A stretch of DNA of 64,000 nucleotides from Candidatus Levyibacteriota bacterium (GTDB lineage: Bacteria; Patescibacteriota; Microgenomatia; Levybacterales; UBA12049), in contig JBPOIT010000012.1 in NCBI GenBank assembly GCA_052034235.1, forward strand, positions 34,161 through 98,160. The letters are read 5' to 3'. Made by a program: the position numbers and the translations under genes. The notes under the pieces were generated by a model. It was not told the origin of the DNA. It saw nothing but the letters and a program-made list of their open reading frames with translations, and did not search any database. Positions 1 to 9,670 of the stretch are shown one piece after another; position 1 is the first letter of the stretch; each line of letters begins with the position of its first letter.

Positions 1-5
1 AAGGC

Positions 6-230
6 ATGGTAAACCCTGTTGAAATTATCGTACAAACACTTCAGGATCATATTAATTCCGATAATGCATTAGACGAGGCACATTCTCTGCTTGCTATGAG
101 AAGAGAACAGGGATTACGCCATCTGCTTGTCCCGTATGCAGAAGAACCTGATGATACGAATATCCGTACTGAAACAAACCGTTTACGAAAAACAAGGGTT
201 ATTAATCTTGCCGACAGTGGTTTCAATTAA
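6..230 (+). CDS. Possible 3' end of a gene starting upstream of the window (open from position 3 in this frame), or a spurious ORF overlapping the recJ terminus
   Basis: The frame is open from the window edge; I recognise no family and it overlaps the convergent recJ stop by 8 nt. Confidence 0.2.
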   Translation: MVNPVEIIVQTLQDHINSDNALDEAHSLLAMRREQGLRHLLVPYAEEPDDTNIRTETNRLRKTRVINLADSGFN

Positions 231-1899
231 TACGCAGCTTAATATCTCTAATCTTCAGTTGCAGCTTTGTATTTCCATTCCATGTATTTTCATCAAGCGT
301 GTAGGCAACATCTATTTTGTCACCGGTTTTTATATCACTTGCGAGCTCTCCCATGTTAAAGGCTATTGCTTCGAACGATTTCTTGTCTGATTTGAGCCAG
401 AGTTTGAGGTGAGTGTTTTCTTTGCCCATTACTCTGAAGTTTTCAATAGTGACTCCCCTGCTTGCAAATACTGGTTCTGGGTTTCCCATGCCAAACGGTG
501 CGAGCTGTTGGAGTGCGTCGTAAAGTTCTTGGTCCAAAACATCTAGCGGGACTTCACAATCGATTTTCAGTCTTCTTGTTAACGTATCACCGGTTAGTAA
601 TTTCTCGGCTTCTTTTTCTAAAAAAGCCTGCAGTGCTGGAAGTTTCGCAGTTTCAACAGTAAACCCAGCTGCCATCGGATGTCCACCGACATTTATCAAA
701 TGCTCACTCGCGCTTCTTAAAAATTCGATCATGTTAAATCCACTGACAGATCTGGCAGAGGCTTTACTTTCTTTCTCACCAATCGATAAAACAATTGCAG
801 GACGATAAAATTCTTCAACAAGTTTTCCGGCAACAAGTCCAATCACTCCTTGTGGATATTCTTCATGTCCAATGACTAACACATTTTTTAATATGGGCGC
901 TTTTCTTATCGCTTCTTTTGCATGATCTGCAGCTTTTCTCATGACATATTGCCGTTCTTTATTTGTCCCTTCTAACTGTTCTGCTAGCAGTTGCGCGCGT
1001 GTTATATTTTTTGTGCATAGAAGACGCAAACTATCCATTGCTGATTCGATCCGACCAGCAGCATTAAGTCTCGGCGCAATCACATAACCTATTTCATACA
1101 CGCTAAAAATATCCTTTTCTATTCCCGCCTGCTTATACAGTTCACGCAGACCGTGTCTTTTTGTTTGGGCTAATTTATCAAGTCCGTGTTTTACAATTGC
1201 TCGATTAGAACCGGTAAGCGGTACTAAATCTGCAACAGTTCCGAGTGCTGCCAGTTCAAGATGTAAATCTTCTTCAGCAGTATCTGGAACAAGTGTGTCA
1301 TGTTTGAATTCTTGAGATAAGAGGTACGCAACACCTGCACCGCAAAGATTGGTGGTATGCACAATTGCATATGCATCGGGAAGTTTTTCACCTATCGTAT
1401 GATGATCGGTAATAATAACATCAATACCTTTTTTATTGGCGAAATCGACAGCATCATTGGCAACAATTCCGTTATCAACAGTGATAATCAGTTTGGGATT
1501 TATTTTTGTTAACTCTTCGTTCTCAAGTGCCTTAGTCGAAAGTCCGTACCCTTCATCAATACGATTTGGAATAAATGGAATAACCGTTGCTCCCATACGA
1601 TGAAGTGTTTCCCACAAAATAGCACTGCCAGTTATACCGTCAACATCATAATCTCCAAAAACCACAATCTGTTCCTTGGTATCAATTGCTTTTCTGATTC
1701 GCTTGAGCGCTTTTGCAAGTTGTTTTTGATCAATCCCAACCGCTTCAGTCGTCACATCTTCAAGTCGAGGATTGAGAAAATTTTCAATATCTTTTTTACC
1801 AGTAAAGCCGCGGTTCTTCAAAAGTAATTGAATCAAAACGTCAACGTTGAATGTTGCAGTTTTTACTTTTAACTTATTAAGTGTTTCCCATTTCTTCAT
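223..1899 (-). CDS. recJ: Single-stranded-DNA-specific exonuclease RecJ (DHH/DHHA1 phosphoesterase)
   Basis: 558 aa with the DHH motif 'IDVIITDHHT', a DHHA1-like C-terminal region and a typical RecJ N-terminus and length. Confidence 0.88.
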   Translation of the reverse strand: MKKWETLNKLKVKTATFNVDVLIQLLLKNRGFTGKKDIENFLNPRLEDVTTEAVGIDQKQLAKALKRIRKAIDTKEQIVVFGDYDVDGITGSAILWETLHRMGATVIPFIPNRIDEGYGLSTKALENEELTKINPKLIITVDNGIVANDAVDFANKKGIDVIITDHHTIGEKLPDAYAIVHTTNLCGAGVAYLLSQEFKHDTLVPDTAEEDLHLELAALGTVADLVPLTGSNRAIVKHGLDKLAQTKRHGLRELYKQAGIEKDIFSVYEIGYVIAPRLNAAGRIESAMDSLRLLCTKNITRAQLLAEQLEGTNKERQYVMRKAADHAKEAIRKAPILKNVLVIGHEEYPQGVIGLVAGKLVEEFYRPAIVLSIGEKESKASARSVSGFNMIEFLRSASEHLINVGGHPMAAGFTVETAKLPALQAFLEKEAEKLLTGDTLTRRLKIDCEVPLDVLDQELYDALQQLAPFGMGNPEPVFASRGVTIENFRVMGKENTHLKLWLKSDKKSFEAIAFNMGELASDIKTGDKIDVAYTLDENTWNGNTKLQLKIRDIKLRIN

Positions 1900-1937
1900 A
1901 TATTTTTATCTAAAATGACGGCTGAGTTATTAAATTA

Positions 1938-1949
1938 TCTGATATACTA
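1938..1949 (+). promoter_or_regulatory. Extended -10 element (TGaTATACT) about 9 nt upstream of the cca ATG, suggesting a leaderless or near-leaderless transcript
   Basis: The TG-n-TATACT sequence sits at 1940-1948 and the ATG at 1958, with no Shine-Dalgarno sequence between them. Confidence 0.3.
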
Positions 1950-1957
1950 TACCATAT

Positions 1958-3322
1958 ATGCTAGACAAGATCCCAGATGACATAAGGCGTATCGCCCAAA
2001 AATTTATTGACAGCGGATTTGAAATATTTCTCGTCGGTGGATCTGTTCGTGATTTACTTGTCAGCCGCAATGTAAAAGATTGGGATTTTACAACCAATGC
2101 TACACCTGAAGAAATGTTAAAACTTTTTCCGGAAGGATTTTATGATAACGTTTTCGGCACGGTCGGTATTCCACTGAAACAACTTGAAGAAACTGAACAT
2201 GCAGGAATCGTTGAAGTGACAACCTATCGAACTGAAAAGGGCTATAAAGACAGACGCCATCCAGAATCGGTAGAATGGGGACAGACAATTGAGGAAGATC
2301 TTTCAAGACGAGATTTTACCATTAATGCAATGGCACTTGATATTTCTGCTCAAAAAGATCTTATTGATCCATATAATGGTCAGGAAGATTTAAAAAATAA
2401 TTTGATTAAAGCAGTTGGCGATGCGGATCTGCGGTTTAAGGAAGATGCACTTCGTTTGATGCGTGCAATTAGATTTGCAGCACAACTCGGATTTCAAATC
2501 GAAGAAAAAACGCTTGCTGCAATCACAAATGATGCAGCTCTTCTTTCGGAGATTGCCAAAGAGCGAGTACGTGATGAACTCATAAAGATACTGGCAAGTG
2601 ATTATCCATACGAGGGAATAATGCTTCTGAATAACACGGGTCTTCTTGCATTTATTTTGCCTGAATTGCTTGAAGGAATCGGTGTCTCCCAATCACGTCC
2701 TGGCAGACATCATAAAGACGATGTGTTTACACACAATGTCCTCTCACTTAAGTTTTGTACCTCAAGTGACCCAATTGTTCGTTTCGCAACACTTATCCAC
2801 GATGTTGGTAAACCAAGAGTAGCAAGTATTGATGACGAGGGTTATGTTATTTTTCATAATCATGAAATTGTCGGCTCTCGCATGGCATATGAAATTGCTG
2901 ACAGGTTGCGCTTTTCGAAAAAGGATCGTGGTAAGGTCGCAAAACTTATTCGCTGGCATATGTTTACTGTTGATGAACATATTACCGATAGCGCTGTCAG
3001 AAGATTTATCAGGAGAACTGGTGTTGAAAATGTAAAAGACATGATGGATTTAAGAGTTGGTGACCGACTAGGAGGTGGTACACAAACTGCCGAAAGTTGG
3101 AGGCTTAAATTATTTAAGAAACGTGTCGAAGAACAACTTGCACCAGAACCGTTCTCGATAAAAGATTTAGCGATAAACGGCAATGATGTTATGCAGGAAC
3201 TTCGTATTAAACCAAGTAGAAAAATTGGTGAAATTTTACAAAAACTTTTTGAAGAAGTTGATGAAGATTTAGAGAAGAATACGAAAGAATATTTACTTAA
3301 GAGAGTTAAGGAGATTCAATAA
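1958..3322 (+). CDS. cca: CCA-adding tRNA nucleotidyltransferase with HD domain
   Basis: The N-terminal 'LVGGSVRDLL' is the class II nucleotidyltransferase head, HD motifs ('HHKDD', 'LIHDVGK') lie in the middle, and the length is 454 aa. Confidence 0.85.
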   Translation: MLDKIPDDIRRIAQKFIDSGFEIFLVGGSVRDLLVSRNVKDWDFTTNATPEEMLKLFPEGFYDNVFGTVGIPLKQLEETEHAGIVEVTTYRTEKGYKDRRHPESVEWGQTIEEDLSRRDFTINAMALDISAQKDLIDPYNGQEDLKNNLIKAVGDADLRFKEDALRLMRAIRFAAQLGFQIEEKTLAAITNDAALLSEIAKERVRDELIKILASDYPYEGIMLLNNTGLLAFILPELLEGIGVSQSRPGRHHKDDVFTHNVLSLKFCTSSDPIVRFATLIHDVGKPRVASIDDEGYVIFHNHEIVGSRMAYEIADRLRFSKKDRGKVAKLIRWHMFTVDEHITDSAVRRFIRRTGVENVKDMMDLRVGDRLGGGTQTAESWRLKLFKKRVEEQLAPEPFSIKDLAINGNDVMQELRIKPSRKIGEILQKLFEEVDEDLEKNTKEYLLKRVKEIQ

Positions 3323-3324
3323 AC

Positions 3325-3750
3325 TTATTTTTTCTTCGCAGTAAGAACTGAGGCACAGAATGCACATCGTTTGGCTTCTTTTGGAACTTCACTCAAACAT
3401 TCAGGACATTTTTTCGTTGTTGGATCAAGTGTTTTCTGATTTTTCTGTGTTGCTGCAACCAATTTGTTCATTGGCGTGACAATGAAGAAGTAAACAACGG
3501 CTGCGTTGATAATGAAAGCGATTATGACATTGATAAAATCACCAACGAGAAATTTAGAATTGTTAAGAGTAAATGCAATTTGTGAAAAATCAGGTTGTCC
3601 ACCTATTGCAGCGATCAAAGGAGTAATAAGGTCTTTAACAAGTGCATTCACAACGGCTGTAAAAGAAGCACCGATTATGATACCAACTGCGAGGTCAACG
3701 GCGTTACCTTTAATGATAAATTGTTTAAAGCCCTGAATAGTTTCTTTCAT
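3325..3750 (-). CDS. mscL: Large-conductance mechanosensitive channel MscL with a C-terminal CxxC...CxxC zinc-ribbon extension
   Basis: The N-terminus 'FKQFIIKGNAVDLAVGIIIGASF' is canonical MscL TM1. The C-terminus 'CPECLSEVPKEAKRCAFCAS' has four Cys residues. Confidence 0.85.
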   Translation of the reverse strand: MKETIQGFKQFIIKGNAVDLAVGIIIGASFTAVVNALVKDLITPLIAAIGGQPDFSQIAFTLNNSKFLVGDFINVIIAFIINAAVVYFFIVTPMNKLVAATQKNQKTLDPTTKKCPECLSEVPKEAKRCAFCASVLTAKKK

Positions 3751-3826
3751 ATTTCAATTTGTATTATACCGTATTAAGCTCATCTGTCAATGATAAACTT
3801 CACTCATATCTGATATAATACGAGTT

Positions 3827-4279
3827 ATGACAAAACAAGCCTTACGAGACGAACTGAAACACGCGATGCTTTCGAAAAACACATCGAAAGTTTCTGCGAT
3901 CAGAATGGTCATATCAGCTCTCGGATACTACGAAATTGAAAAGGGCGGAGCTGGCTACGAAGCAACAGAAGAAGACGTGCAGGCTGTTGTCCAAAAAGAA
4001 GTGAAACAGCGACGTGACTCCATTGAACAATTTAAAGCAGCCGGACGTGATGAACTGGTTGAAAAAGAGGAAAAGGAATTAAAAATGCTCGAAGCCTATT
4101 TACCAGAACAAATGGGTGAAGAAGAAATTAAAAAACTCGTGAATGATGCGGTAGAAAAATCTGGTGCATCATCGCCTGCCGATATGGGCAAAGTCATGGG
4201 AGTTCTTATGCCTCACGTTAAAGGTAAAGCAGATGGCGGTTTGGTAAGTAAAATTGTCCGCGAAGCCCTCAGTAAATAA
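3827..4279 (+). CDS. GatB/YqeY domain protein
   Basis: 150 aa in a YqeY-like helical pattern ('LKHAMLSKNTSKVSAIRMVISAL'). Confidence 0.75.
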   Translation: MTKQALRDELKHAMLSKNTSKVSAIRMVISALGYYEIEKGGAGYEATEEDVQAVVQKEVKQRRDSIEQFKAAGRDELVEKEEKELKMLEAYLPEQMGEEEIKKLVNDAVEKSGASSPADMGKVMGVLMPHVKGKADGGLVSKIVREALSK

Positions 4280-4687
4280 TTATTTAAAAAACCCCTTCAA
4301 TTTCTGAACAAGTGATGTTTTTTGAGGCTGTACTTCAATAGATTGCGTCATTTGACCCTCCTTCACAGTTTGTCCTGTAATTTGCTCTAATTGTTCGGGA
4401 GTCACTTGCTCTCCATTTTGCGTCATAGTCATTATGTGCTGCATTTGCTCGGGTGTGACCTTAAGAGATTGTCCTTGTGCTGATGCAGCCTGCTGCATAA
4501 CACCGTTTTTAAACATATCCCGTATCGTCATATGCATAAGTTGATTTTGACTCGTTTTCGCAATCATTTCCTGAAGTTGCTGTGCATTTATATTCATTGC
4601 TTTCATCACAATCGTTTGAGCCTGGGGATTATTTTGTATAACTTCACCAAATGTTTTATCGAGGATGCCGTGCGGTTCATCAGCCAT
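4280..4687 (-). CDS. Hypothetical Gln-rich protein with internal 'VTPEQ(M/L)(Q/E)(H/Q)I' repeats; last gene of the secDF operon
   Basis: 135 aa, low complexity, no recognisable family. Its stop abuts the yqeY stop with zero spacer. Confidence 0.4.
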   Translation of the reverse strand: MADEPHGILDKTFGEVIQNNPQAQTIVMKAMNINAQQLQEMIAKTSQNQLMHMTIRDMFKNGVMQQAASAQGQSLKVTPEQMQHIMTMTQNGEQVTPEQLEQITGQTVKEGQMTQSIEVQPQKTSLVQKLKGFFK

Positions 4688-4699
4688 ATTCTTAGTATA

Positions 4700-5356
4700 T
4701 CATTTACGTTTTCTGCGCGCCTGTGGGAATGTATACAGTTTTTTTGCTTCTTCACGTGTTATTTTTTCAACGCTCATGATTGATGAGCCGAGAATTAAAA
4801 CACTCTCTGCTTCTTTGATTTTAGTAATTTTTGCCGTTTCTCTTTCAAATGAATAAGGATCAGAGAGTTCCAGTTCCTGAACATCATCATTAGGATCAAA
4901 CGAGGATCTTTTATATCTGCCAATATACGCACTTCCGTTTTGCAGCATTACCTTTACAACAGTTTGCGTCTGGACTTTAAAAAACGTATTCCAAAGTCTG
5001 CCAAATGGATACGACGCAACATTAAATACTTTTTCGTTTATAAAAAGGAAAAAACGGCTTTCGACAAGTTTGGCGAGTATAATTGCTAAAAGAACACTCA
5101 GCAGAATTTTTGTTGCCTCAAACCAGAGATTGGTAATTTCAATATGCTGCTGAAAAAGATAGTTAAACGCGGCAAAGATAAGTGCTGTTGTGTAGGTAAG
5201 AGCGACTGAAGCAATGACGCTTAATACGATAACGGTCAGGTCGGTTTTTCGTCTGTCAGGGATTTGATAATAGAATAATAAAACAGTTAATAACCCCGGG
5301 AGGAGGAAAAAAATGACATTTTGAAGATTTGCGACGTCGTAACCTAATGCTTCCAT
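4700..5356 (-). CDS. Hypothetical membrane protein (N-terminal TM helices, cytoplasmic C-terminal half, basic tail)
   Basis: 218 aa with hydrophobic segments; it sits in the operon 13 nt upstream of the next gene. Confidence 0.5.
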   Translation of the reverse strand: MEALGYDVANLQNVIFFLLPGLLTVLLFYYQIPDRRKTDLTVIVLSVIASVALTYTTALIFAAFNYLFQQHIEITNLWFEATKILLSVLLAIILAKLVESRFFLFINEKVFNVASYPFGRLWNTFFKVQTQTVVKVMLQNGSAYIGRYKRSSFDPNDDVQELELSDPYSFERETAKITKIKEAESVLILGSSIMSVEKITREEAKKLYTFPQARRKRK

Positions 5357-5359
5357 TTA

Positions 5360-5572
5360 CTATTTTTTCTTTCTGGAGGCAGGTTTTAGTTGAATATATT
5401 GTATCTGTCCACTTGGCATCGGAGTTCCCCATTTTCCTGAGGTAATTTTTCTTTCAGCTGGAGTCAGAGGGAATTCATAGTACCCGCCTTTAATTTGTAT
5501 TTTGGGCTCGATTGTATTTTTGGCTATACTCATACACCTATTATACCACGAGGAAACAATCAAACTGACCAC
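5360..5572 (-). CDS. Hypothetical small protein (70 aa, Lys-rich tail) immediately downstream of secF
   Basis: The ORF starts 6 nt after the secF stop. No family is recognised and the true start may be an internal Met. Confidence 0.3.
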   Translation of the reverse strand: MVSLIVSSWYNRCMSIAKNTIEPKIQIKGGYYEFPLTPAERKITSGKWGTPMPSGQIQYIQLKPASRKKK

Positions 5573-5577
5573 TCTTA

Positions 5578-6486
5578 CTATTTTCTTGCTTTACGTTTGG
5601 CATTGAGTTCCTGCCAGAGGACAAGAAGCGGTGCTGCATTGAAGATTGAGGAATACGTTCCACTGACAACTCCAATGATCATAGCAACGATAAACCATCT
5701 GATTGATTCTCCACCAAAGATAAGTAGGGTTAAAAGAACGAGAAAGGCAGTAAGTGACGTATTTAAGGAACGAACGAGTGTCTGAAGGATTGAATCATTT
5801 GCTATTTGCTCAAATGGTGCTTCGACATTTCGTTTCAAATTCTCACGGATTCTGTCAAAAACAACAATCGTATCATGAACTGAAAATCCAAGTCCTGTCA
5901 GAAGCGCTGTCACAAATAAACTATCGAGTTCAACTCCAGCAAAGTGTCCAAATAGCGAGAATAAACCGATAACAACTAATGCGTCATGAAGGAGTGCAAT
6001 AATTGCACACACACCAAATCTCCAACTACTGACCGGTTTTCTCACACCTCTAAATGACCAGGCAATGTAAAGGACAATAAGAAATGATGATATTGCTAAA
6101 GATTTCGCGGCATTGATTGTTGTCTCTTGGCCGATAATTGGTCCAATCGTCTCAAATCTTTCTTGTTTTACTGTAGTTGTCTTTGTTTTCAGTTCCTTAA
6201 GAAATGCAGCATTTTGTTTATCATCCATTGGTTTTGAACGGATGATAAGTTCTTTATCTGATTTTTGAATAGTTACAATTTCAACCTTTTGCTTTTCAAA
6301 CACATCCCTCACCTGTTCAACTGTTTGTTCATTAATTGTTTGAGGATAGAGAAGCGTCATTCGTGAACCACCGGTGAAATCGATTGAAAGTTTGAGACCC
6401 CAAAGTGCCAAGGAGATAAGCCCCGGGATAATAATCAGGAGTGAAAACGCAAAATACCAATTTTTCTTTCCAATAATATTTAACAT
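5578..6486 (-). CDS. secF: Protein translocase subunit SecF
   Basis: 302 aa with SecD/SecF-family TM topology and conserved motifs, adjacent to secD. Confidence 0.9.
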   Translation of the reverse strand: MLNIIGKKNWYFAFSLLIIIPGLISLALWGLKLSIDFTGGSRMTLLYPQTINEQTVEQVRDVFEKQKVEIVTIQKSDKELIIRSKPMDDKQNAAFLKELKTKTTTVKQERFETIGPIIGQETTINAAKSLAISSFLIVLYIAWSFRGVRKPVSSWRFGVCAIIALLHDALVVIGLFSLFGHFAGVELDSLFVTALLTGLGFSVHDTIVVFDRIRENLKRNVEAPFEQIANDSILQTLVRSLNTSLTAFLVLLTLLIFGGESIRWFIVAMIIGVVSGTYSSIFNAAPLLVLWQELNAKRKARK

Positions 6487-6489
6487 AGT

Positions 6490-7857
6490 TTAGTCTTTTT
6501 TATAAAACGCCTTTAATAAAACTCTAGTAACAAAAATGGCTGAGAACATAGAGATAAGTATACCTAATGCCAAGGTGAGAGCAAAGCCTCGAACAACACC
6601 TGTTCCAAAGTAAAACAATACTGCACTGGTAATTAAACTTGCAACGTTTGAGTCACGAATTGAGAGCCATGCTCTAGAAAAACCTAAATCTATTGCAGAA
6701 CTTCGTGATCTGCCTCTTCTGAGTTCTTCTTTTGTGCGCTCAAAAATAAGGATATTTGCATCAACAGCAATACCAACAGAAAGAATGAATCCTGCAATTC
6801 CAGCCAGTGTCAGTGTCACAGGGATGATCTTAAAGATCGCGAGTACAATCAGTGCATAAATTGTCAAAGCCAAACTGGCGATAAGCCCGAGTCTGCCGTA
6901 AAGCACTACCATGAAAACAACGATAACAAAAAAGCCTATTAATCCAGCAACCAAACTTTTTTCAACCGAGGCTTGACCGAGTGTTGCTCCGATACTTCGC
7001 TGCTCAAGAACTGAGAGTGAAACTGGGAGCGCACCGGCATTCAGCTGTACTTGCAGTGTTTTTGCCTCATCAGTTGTAAAGTTCCCACTAATTTCTCCTT
7101 GTCCTCCATAGATAGGACCGTTGACGACTGGTGCTGAAACCAACTGATCATCGAGCACAATTGCGAGCGGACGTCCGACATTTCGCTCAGTTATATCTCC
7201 AAATTTCTCGCCGCCTTCAGTTGTAAAGGTCAACTGCACAACAGGTTCTCCAGTCGTTGAATTAAACCCAACCACAGATTGTTTTAAATCTTCACCCGTC
7301 AAAGTTGTTTTCTTAGCATCAGGTCCAAGTGCAATTTGCAGATTGATTGGTACAGCAGATGTTGATGACAGTTTGGTTGGATCAATACCTGCTGAAGGAC
7401 TTGCTGTTTCTGGTATCTCCCAGAAAGATAATTTGGCTGTTTTTCCGACAAGCTGCACTGCCTGGTTTACATCAGTAATACCAGGAATTTCAACAATAAT
7501 ACGATAATCATTATTTATTTTTGACGTTTGGACGAGTGGTTCAGAAACGCCAAAGAAATTGATACGGCGTTCGATAACTTCTTTGGCTGAGTTTAACGCA
7601 TCTTCTCGCTGTCCTTGCGGAATATCCTGCATATCAGCTTTGAGCGTCACACTTGTACCTCCCTCAAGATCCAAACCTTTTCTGAAAGGCAATTCATGAT
7701 GCAGGTTAACTGCTTTGAATACAGGGTTGTTATTGATTGCAGGAATTTCTTGTTTGAAGAATGGAAGGTCAACTTTTATCGGTTGCGCAAGATTTATGGT
7801 CAGTGCTGCCAATGTGAGAAAAACAATGAAGACGAGCATCCAGTTTATTCGTTTCAT
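6490..7857 (-). CDS. secD: Protein translocase subunit SecD
   Basis: 455 aa with an N-terminal TM segment, a periplasmic domain and a C-terminal 6-TM SecDF core. Confidence 0.9.
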   Translation of the reverse strand: MKRINWMLVFIVFLTLAALTINLAQPIKVDLPFFKQEIPAINNNPVFKAVNLHHELPFRKGLDLEGGTSVTLKADMQDIPQGQREDALNSAKEVIERRINFFGVSEPLVQTSKINNDYRIIVEIPGITDVNQAVQLVGKTAKLSFWEIPETASPSAGIDPTKLSSTSAVPINLQIALGPDAKKTTLTGEDLKQSVVGFNSTTGEPVVQLTFTTEGGEKFGDITERNVGRPLAIVLDDQLVSAPVVNGPIYGGQGEISGNFTTDEAKTLQVQLNAGALPVSLSVLEQRSIGATLGQASVEKSLVAGLIGFFVIVVFMVVLYGRLGLIASLALTIYALIVLAIFKIIPVTLTLAGIAGFILSVGIAVDANILIFERTKEELRRGRSRSSAIDLGFSRAWLSIRDSNVASLITSAVLFYFGTGVVRGFALTLALGILISMFSAIFVTRVLLKAFYKKD

Positions 7858-8432
7858 GAAGTGAGCATAGCCTCCTCATCGCCAATAAGCATCACTCGTG
7901 ATCCCATAAGTATACCAGCCAAAAAAGGATCGTTACGCTGCTTTCTGAATTTGAATTCTTCCTCAGTCATAGCTGTGTAATTAATTTCAGTTCCAAGTCT
8001 CATCTCTTCGTTTCTTACCAAAACAGCTAGCTCAGGAAGCACAACGGTACCTACGATTATCAAATCAACATCTTCAGGAGATTCTTTTATTCGACGTGCA
8101 AATTTGCCTGAAAACATGGTGTATTTTATTTTTCCAAGTTTTACCTTGTTCTCAATAATTGCAGCACCGAGTCCGATGGTTTTGACGCCAATTCGAATGA
8201 GGTCAAAATAAAATGGATAATCTTTGGAAAGGGAATAATACACACGATTCGCACGAGGTTCTCTATTGAGAATGCCTTTTTTTTCAAGAAGAATCAGCTC
8301 ACGTCTGACTGCGTTTATTTCTTCTTCTGTCTTTCGCACGCATTCACGAACATGATACATCTCTCCGGGCTGAGTAAGAAATACGTGTAAAAGTTTAACG
8401 CGGGTTTTTGATGTAATAAGATCTGCAAACAT
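7854..8432 (-). CDS. Predicted winged-helix DNA-binding protein with uncharacterised C-terminal domain, translationally coupled to secD
   Basis: The N-terminal ~70 aa resemble a wHTH ('KLLHVFLTQPGEMYHVRECVRK...ILLEKKGIL'). The stop overlaps the secD start. Confidence 0.4.
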   Translation of the reverse strand: MFADLITSKTRVKLLHVFLTQPGEMYHVRECVRKTEEEINAVRRELILLEKKGILNREPRANRVYYSLSKDYPFYFDLIRIGVKTIGLGAAIIENKVKLGKIKYTMFSGKFARRIKESPEDVDLIIVGTVVLPELAVLVRNEEMRLGTEINYTAMTEEEFKFRKQRNDPFLAGILMGSRVMLIGDEEAMLTS

Positions 8433-8495
8433 AGCCCTAATAGAATCTTTGCCGATTATAGCAAAAATGTACTCAGTTTGAATAGAGGAAATACG

Positions 8496-9662
8496 CTACT
8501 TAACTGTTACGTCTGAGGCAGATGCTTTCAGGGTAAACCAGATATTTCCTTTATTAAACATTATTTCCTTGCCACTTTCGTCGTAAAGCATCGTTCTGCT
8601 TTCTCGATCAGCTTTTTTCCATGTACCATTTACTTCTTTTCCATCCATAAAGATTGAAGCCTTCCCAGTACCCTTTGTTCCATAGAGCATATGGAGATTA
8701 CCTTCGTAGCCATCGTTTGCTTGTGATTCTTTCATAAAAAGGACAACGACATTTTTAGCGGTAAGCTGTTTTTTTGTATTTCTGTCGAGATGAGCTTCTC
8801 CTCCATTTTCACGCTTGTAGAGGTTTTGTTCAGTATCATAAACCCAGTCAACAGCATACGCATCGTTATTCCATTCTATTCTGACATTTTGACTTGCAGG
8901 ACGACTACCTGCTGCGACGTCATCTTTAAATTTGTATGCTACGAAGTCTTTATCCCAAGAATCCCCATCTTTATCAACATCAGTTATTCCTCGTTCTTTG
9001 GCAACTTCCCATAATTTCGTTGTTACAGAGTACATCGTATGTTCTGTAGCTACTTCACGACCCAGGCGACTTTGATCTCTTCTGAATGTTGGGAACCCAA
9101 TTGAGAACTGGCTTAAGTCGTTATAACCATTCCAGCCGTAATCACCTATCTGTCCAAGTGCATTTGCAGGGCCTGGGGTATTTGCACCGCCTACATGTGT
9201 GTACAATGGGTAAGCACCGTATTCTGAAATATAATCAAGGTAATAGGTACGAGCAGATCGAACTGGCCCGACGATACCTGCATCCTGACAGTGAAAGACC
9301 AGGAGGAAACGAGTTATGCCCCCTTCTGCAACTGCTTCATAAACTGTATCTGCAAACGATAGTCCTGACTGTGGACGTGCATCAGTTGAGTTTTCAACCA
9401 TGACTCCAAGTGGTCTATGTTTTTCCCACCAAGCTTTTTGATCAGCAGGATACTTTACACCTGTAAGTGGACAGCTCTCAGTTTTTTCTCCTTCAAAAGT
9501 GAGTGCTTCGTAATCATTGGCTGTTTTGCCTGCAAGAGGATTTCCTTGTTTACCCCCGCTGAGGTTGAGCGCTGAGGATTGTTGCGAAAAGAGAAAGTAC
9601 GAAATGCCGGTTGTAGCAAGATAGACAACGAGTGCGATGATTATTTGGACAGGTTTACTCAT
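8496..9662 (-). CDS. Secreted/membrane-anchored DUF3048 (YerB-like) protein
   Basis: An N-terminal TM segment is followed by motifs 'RPLGVMVENSTDARPQSGLSFADTVYEAVAEGGITRF' and 'GPVRSARTYY', typical of DUF3048. Confidence 0.55.
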   Translation of the reverse strand: MSKPVQIIIALVVYLATTGISYFLFSQQSSALNLSGGKQGNPLAGKTANDYEALTFEGEKTESCPLTGVKYPADQKAWWEKHRPLGVMVENSTDARPQSGLSFADTVYEAVAEGGITRFLLVFHCQDAGIVGPVRSARTYYLDYISEYGAYPLYTHVGGANTPGPANALGQIGDYGWNGYNDLSQFSIGFPTFRRDQSRLGREVATEHTMYSVTTKLWEVAKERGITDVDKDGDSWDKDFVAYKFKDDVAAGSRPASQNVRIEWNNDAYAVDWVYDTEQNLYKRENGGEAHLDRNTKKQLTAKNVVVLFMKESQANDGYEGNLHMLYGTKGTGKASIFMDGKEVNGTWKKADRESRTMLYDESGKEIMFNKGNIWFTLKASASDVTVK

Positions 9663-9670
9663 TACTTATA

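Noticed and set aside
127-390. 87-aa plus-strand ORF
   Set aside because: It lies entirely within and antisense to the well-supported recJ CDS, with no family resemblance.
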